Source of the DNA: Patescibacteria group bacterium
Lineage (GTDB): Bacteria > Patescibacteriota > Minisyncoccia > UBA6257 > UBA9933
NCBI GenBank assembly: GCA_038065035.1
Contig: JBBTRV010000006.1
Coordinates: 1-58,392 of the forward strand
Direction: 5' to 3'
DNA length: 58,392 nt
The notes beneath the pieces are model-generated. The model did no database searches. It saw only the letters and a list, made by a program, of their open reading frames with translations, and was not told where the DNA came from. Shown piece after piece: positions 54,804 through 58,392 of the stretch. The translations under genes were made by a program, and so were the position numbers. The stretch's first letter is position 1. Each line of letters opens with the position of its first letter.

Positions 54804-56603
54804 ATGAATCAAGAAATTAAAACTTGCCAAAACTGCAAACAAAATTTTACCATAGAATCAGAAGATTTCGCTTTTTACGACAAAATAAAAGTTCCGCCGC
54901 CGACTTGGTGTTCGGAGTGCCGAATGATTCGCCGCATGAATTGGCGCAATGAAAGAACATTATACAAAAGAAAATGCGATGCACCCGGACATAATGAAGA
55001 AATAATCTCCATTTATCATAAAGATTCGCCGTTTAAGGTTTATGACTATAAATATTGGTGGAGTGATGAATGGGATTCTTTGATATATGGCAAGGATTAT
55101 GATTTTTCACAGCCGTTTTTTGAGCAGTTTAAGGAGTTATTAAGAGAAGTTCCTCATAATAATTTAGTATCGGGGAATAATGTAAATAGCGAATATGTAA
55201 ATTTTCAAGCTAATAGTAAGGATTGCTATTTAGCAACGGGGGGTCAATTTAATGAACAGGTTATATATAGCAACCATGTTGTAAATTCAAAAGACTCCAC
55301 CGATCTTTATTTTGTTTTTAAGATAGAACTTGGTTATGACGATGTAATTTGCCAAAATTCATATCGTTTATTTTATAGTCAGAATTGCGATAATTGTATT
55401 GATTCTTATTTTTTATATGATTGCCGAAATTGTCAGAATTGCTTTAGTTGTGTTGGATTAAGAAATAAGCAATATTACATATTTAATAAACCTTATTCAA
55501 AAGAAGAATATGAAAAGAAATTAAGAGAGTTTAATTTAGGTAATTTTAATCAAATTAAAAAACAAAAAGAATTATTTAATGAATTTAAATTAAGATATCC
55601 TTATAAATTTATAAATTCTGTTAGGGGAGAAAATATTTCTGGGGATAATATAAGCGACGCTAAAAATTGTAAATACGCATTTGATATACTTCCGGGAGGC
55701 AGTGAAAATTGTAAATTTCTTTGGTGGAGCGGTAATGTTATAAAAGATGTTTATGATGGAAATGTTGGCATGAATGTTGAATCATCATATGAAAATATAT
55801 CTGTTATAAATAACGTTTCAAGAGTATTGTTTTCAGTTTCTATTTGGACTGGTTATGATATCCAATATTCTGAGAATTGCCATAATTCCTCCAATCTCTT
55901 CGCCTGCGTCGGCCTCCGCAACAAGCAATACTGCATCCTCAACAAGCAATACACCAAAGAAGAATACGAAAAACTAGTGCCCCAAATCATAGAGTATATG
56001 AATAATATGCCCTATACAGATAAACAAGGCAGAATCTACAAATACGGAGAATTCTTCCCGCCAGAACTGTCTCCCTTCAGCTATAACGAAACAATCGCCC
56101 AAGAATACTTCCCCTTAACCAAACAACAAGCCATAGAACAAGGTTACAGCTGGAAAGACCCGGAACAAAGAAATATCAATATAACCCTCAAATCAGAAGA
56201 CCTTCCTGACAATATCAAAGACGTCAAAGATGATATAATCAACCAAATCATAGAATGCCAGCATCAGAACAATCCGCCAGCAGGCGGATGCAATGAACAA
56301 TGCACCGAAGCCTTCAAAATCATCCAACCAGAACTGGATTTCTACAAAAAAATGAATCTTCCTTTGCCCAGACTATGCCCTAACTGCAGGCATTACCAGA
56401 GACTAAAACAACGCAATCCACTTAAACTATGGAAAAGGCAATGCCAATGCGCTGGCAATAAGTCAGAAAACGAAGTTTATCAAAACACTATTGCTCATAC
56501 GCATGGAGAAAAGCATTGTGAAAATACCTTTGAAACTACTTATGCTCCTGAACGTCCGGAAATTGTCTATTGTGAAAAGTGTTACCAGCAGGAAGTGATG
56601 TAG
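54804..56603 (+). CDS. Cys-rich zinc-ribbon repeat protein, paralog C (full length)
   Basis: ATG at 54804 (MNQEIKTCQNCKQNFTIESEDFAFYDKIKVPPPTWCSECR) preferred over the TTG at 54780. The C-terminal about 235 aa are highly similar to paralog B. Confidence 0.85.
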   Translation: MNQEIKTCQNCKQNFTIESEDFAFYDKIKVPPPTWCSECRMIRRMNWRNERTLYKRKCDAPGHNEEIISIYHKDSPFKVYDYKYWWSDEWDSLIYGKDYDFSQPFFEQFKELLREVPHNNLVSGNNVNSEYVNFQANSKDCYLATGGQFNEQVIYSNHVVNSKDSTDLYFVFKIELGYDDVICQNSYRLFYSQNCDNCIDSYFLYDCRNCQNCFSCVGLRNKQYYIFNKPYSKEEYEKKLREFNLGNFNQIKKQKELFNEFKLRYPYKFINSVRGENISGDNISDAKNCKYAFDILPGGSENCKFLWWSGNVIKDVYDGNVGMNVESSYENISVINNVSRVLFSVSIWTGYDIQYSENCHNSSNLFACVGLRNKQYCILNKQYTKEEYEKLVPQIIEYMNNMPYTDKQGRIYKYGEFFPPELSPFSYNETIAQEYFPLTKQQAIEQGYSWKDPEQRNINITLKSEDLPDNIKDVKDDIINQIIECQHQNNPPAGGCNEQCTEAFKIIQPELDFYKKMNLPLPRLCPNCRHYQRLKQRNPLKLWKRQCQCAGNKSENEVYQNTIAHTHGEKHCENTFETTYAPERPEIVYCEKCYQQEVM

Positions 56604-56644
56604 TTTGACTTTGAAATTGAAAATATAGTAATATTCTATATATT

Positions 56645-56824
56645 ATGACAACAACAGCCTTAAAAGAAAAAGTGTTTCAATTACAAGCTGAATTAGAATT
56701 TATTAAAAAAGCTTTTGAAAAAGAGCCTGATTTCGATATCGACGAAAAAAACTGGAAAAAAATTAAAGCAGATTCAAAAAAAACAAGAGCGAAATTATAT
56801 CAAATTCGCTATGGCAAAAAATAG
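56645..56824 (+). CDS. putative antitoxin of the PIN toxin (59 aa)
   Basis: Below the track cutoff. MTTTALKEKVFQLQAELEFIKKAFEKEPDFDIDEKNWKKIKADSKKTRAKLYQIRYGKK. Overlaps the PIN start by 14 nt. Confidence 0.5.
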   Translation: MTTTALKEKVFQLQAELEFIKKAFEKEPDFDIDEKNWKKIKADSKKTRAKLYQIRYGKK

Positions 56825-57254
56825 GGTCTTTTTAGACAGCAGCACTTTAATAGCCGCTATCCTTTCTCAATCAGGCGGCTCTTTTTATATTTTGAACAGA
56901 TTTAGGAATGATTTTGAATTTCAGATTAATAATTATATTTTTGATGAATTAATGGCAATCGCGGATAAAAAGTTTTCAATAGATAAGGATTTCAAAAATA
57001 AATTATTTCTTCTTATCGGCATGGTTCCTATAAAAATTTTAAATGATTCATCAAAATCTAAAACTGATATTGCAGCAAAGTTTATTAACAAAAATGACGC
57101 GCCGATTTTAGCTTCGGCTTTAATACATAGTAATTATCTTTTGACTTTAGATAATGATTTTTTAAAAGAATCGGCAATAGAATTCGCTCAAAAGAAAAAT
57201 TTGATTATTTTAAAACCGAAAGATTTTATTGAAAAATTTAGAAATAAAATTTAA
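56811..57254 (+). CDS. PIN-domain toxin (VapC-like)
   Basis: MAKNRVFLDSSTLIAA...NDAPILASAL...LTLDNDF (acidic PIN residues). Start moved to the internal Met in frame with the track ORF. Confidence 0.75.
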   Translation: MAKNRVFLDSSTLIAAILSQSGGSFYILNRFRNDFEFQINNYIFDELMAIADKKFSIDKDFKNKLFLLIGMVPIKILNDSSKSKTDIAAKFINKNDAPILASALIHSNYLLTLDNDFLKESAIEFAQKKNLIILKPKDFIEKFRNKI

Positions 57255-57261
57255 TGCTTTC

Positions 57262-58392
57262 ATGATTTCCGAAACAAAAACCTGCCAAAACTGCAAACAA
57301 AATTTTACCATAGAACCCGAAGATCTCGCTTTTTACGACAAAATCAAAGTACCGCCGCCGACTTGGTGTCCGGAGTGTAGGATGGTAAGAAGATTTATAT
57401 GGCGAAACGAAAGAGCGCTTTATAAAAGACAAAGTGATTTTTCTAAAAAAGATATAATATCTTTATATTCAAAAATTTCACCTTTCAAGGTATATGACCA
57501 TAAAGAATGGTGGTCAGATGAATGGGATTCAATGAGTTATAGCAGAGAATATGATTTTTCTAAGCCATTTTTTATCCAATTTCAAGAGCTTCAAAAAAAA
57601 GTGCCTAGAATTTCTATTTTTAATCAACAGTGCGTAAATTCTGAATACACAAATCAATCTTATGAAAATAAGAATTGTTATTTGTGTTCCAGTATCGCTA
57701 ATTCCGAAGATAGCGCCTATTGCGCTAATGTAAATGAAATTAAGCAAGCACTAGATTCTTTTTTTGTCAATAAATCAGAGCTTGGCTATGAATTAATAGA
57801 TTCTGAACGTTGTTATAATTCTGCATTTATAATTAATTCAGATAATTGCATTGATTCAATGTTTCTTTATGATTGTAAAAATTGCCAAAATTGCATCGGG
57901 GCGGTTGGATTGAGAAATGGGCAATATGTATTTTTCGGTGAGCAGCTTTCCAAAGATAAGTTTAACAAGAAGAGACAGGAATTTATTTTAGGAGGGTATG
58001 AAATATTAGAAAATGTAAAAAAGAAATTTTTAGAATTAATTATTAAATTTCCGAGAAAATCTGATCGCCTTAAAAAGTGTGTAAATTGTACGGGCGATTT
58101 TTTGACTAATTCTAAAAATGTAAAGCAGGGATTTGGAGCGTTTGACCTGGAAGATTGTGGTTATATTACGCGGATGTATGCCTGCAAGGATGTTTATGAT
58201 AGTTATGGATTAGGAGAAAGCCAATTAATTTACGAAACAATAAGTAATCAAACAGTTTATAGTGTTAAATTTTCTAATGTAACTAGTGATTCTAGAAATT
58301 GTGATTATTGTGATTTATGTTTCAATTGTGAGAATTGCTTCGCCTGCATCGGCCTCCGCAACAAGCAATACTGCATCCTTAACAAGCAATAC
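57262..58392 (+). CDS. Cys-rich zinc-ribbon repeat protein, paralog D (3' end runs off window)
   Basis: Not in track because there is no stop. MISETKTCQNCKQNFTIEPEDLAFYDKIKVPPPTWCPECR ... CFACIGLRNKQYCILNKQY. 377 codons, open to the last base. Confidence 0.8.
   Translation, partial: MISETKTCQNCKQNFTIEPEDLAFYDKIKVPPPTWCPECRMVRRFIWRNERALYKRQSDFSKKDIISLYSKISPFKVYDHKEWWSDEWDSMSYSREYDFSKPFFIQFQELQKKVPRISIFNQQCVNSEYTNQSYENKNCYLCSSIANSEDSAYCANVNEIKQALDSFFVNKSELGYELIDSERCYNSAFIINSDNCIDSMFLYDCKNCQNCIGAVGLRNGQYVFFGEQLSKDKFNKKRQEFILGGYEILENVKKKFLELIIKFPRKSDRLKKCVNCTGDFLTNSKNVKQGFGAFDLEDCGYITRMYACKDVYDSYGLGESQLIYETISNQTVYSVKFSNVTSDSRNCDYCDLCFNCENCFACIGLRNKQYCILNKQY

Noticed and set aside
1-58392. Alternative genetic code (UGA recoding, as in some CPR lineages)
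   Set aside because: Long conserved genes (gyrA, ftsH, dnaA, recA, ftsK, rnj) read through at expected lengths with the standard code. They end at ordinary stops, and no in-frame TGA interruptions are needed.
1-58392. Window as a circular plasmid or phage, because the ends match
   Set aside because: The ends are inverted repeats, not direct repeats, and the content is chromosomal housekeeping with dnaA/oriC. An assembly break in a repeated gene cassette is more likely.

Overview
This is a 58.4-kb AT-rich bacterial chromosome segment. Its compact housekeeping content and T4SS-pilin-like paralogs suggest a reduced CPR/Patescibacteria (Parcubacteria-like) genome, which is inference only. It spans the replication-origin neighbourhood: rpmH-rnpA-yidC-jag, dnaN, dnaA and a DnaA-box cluster at 12.9-13.2 kb. 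Other core genes are ruvC, ruvB, PBP1A, pilB, tsaE, RNase J, EndoQ, secG, gyrA, rpsA, ftsH, folD, ftsK and recA. There are six tRNAs. Four things stand out. (1) Both window ends carry the same four-gene cassette in mirror orientation: Cys-rich paralog, antitoxin, toxin, Cys-rich paralog, with a RelE-type TA on the left and a PIN-type TA on the right. The first and last 55 nt of the window are exact reverse complements inside that paralog family. (2) A ~1-kb non-coding block at 45.7-46.7 kb holds about 9 direct 17-bp iterons in two duplicated clusters around an AT-rich spacer, flanked by inverted hairpins. (3) A clear Pup homologue ending in GGE sits alone, with no ligase or proteasome gene in the window. 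(4) Short 7-8-nt tandem micro-repeats occur inside and beside housekeeping genes, and one coincides with the break of a split phosphomannomutase gene. Also present are a HepT/MntA pair, four tandem T4SS-pilin-like genes, MITE-like long-stem hairpin repeats, three tRNAs butted 3-7 nt against downstream start codons, and a more GC-rich accessory patch at 40.8-45.7 kb. All similarity statements come from reading motifs by eye. No database search was run.
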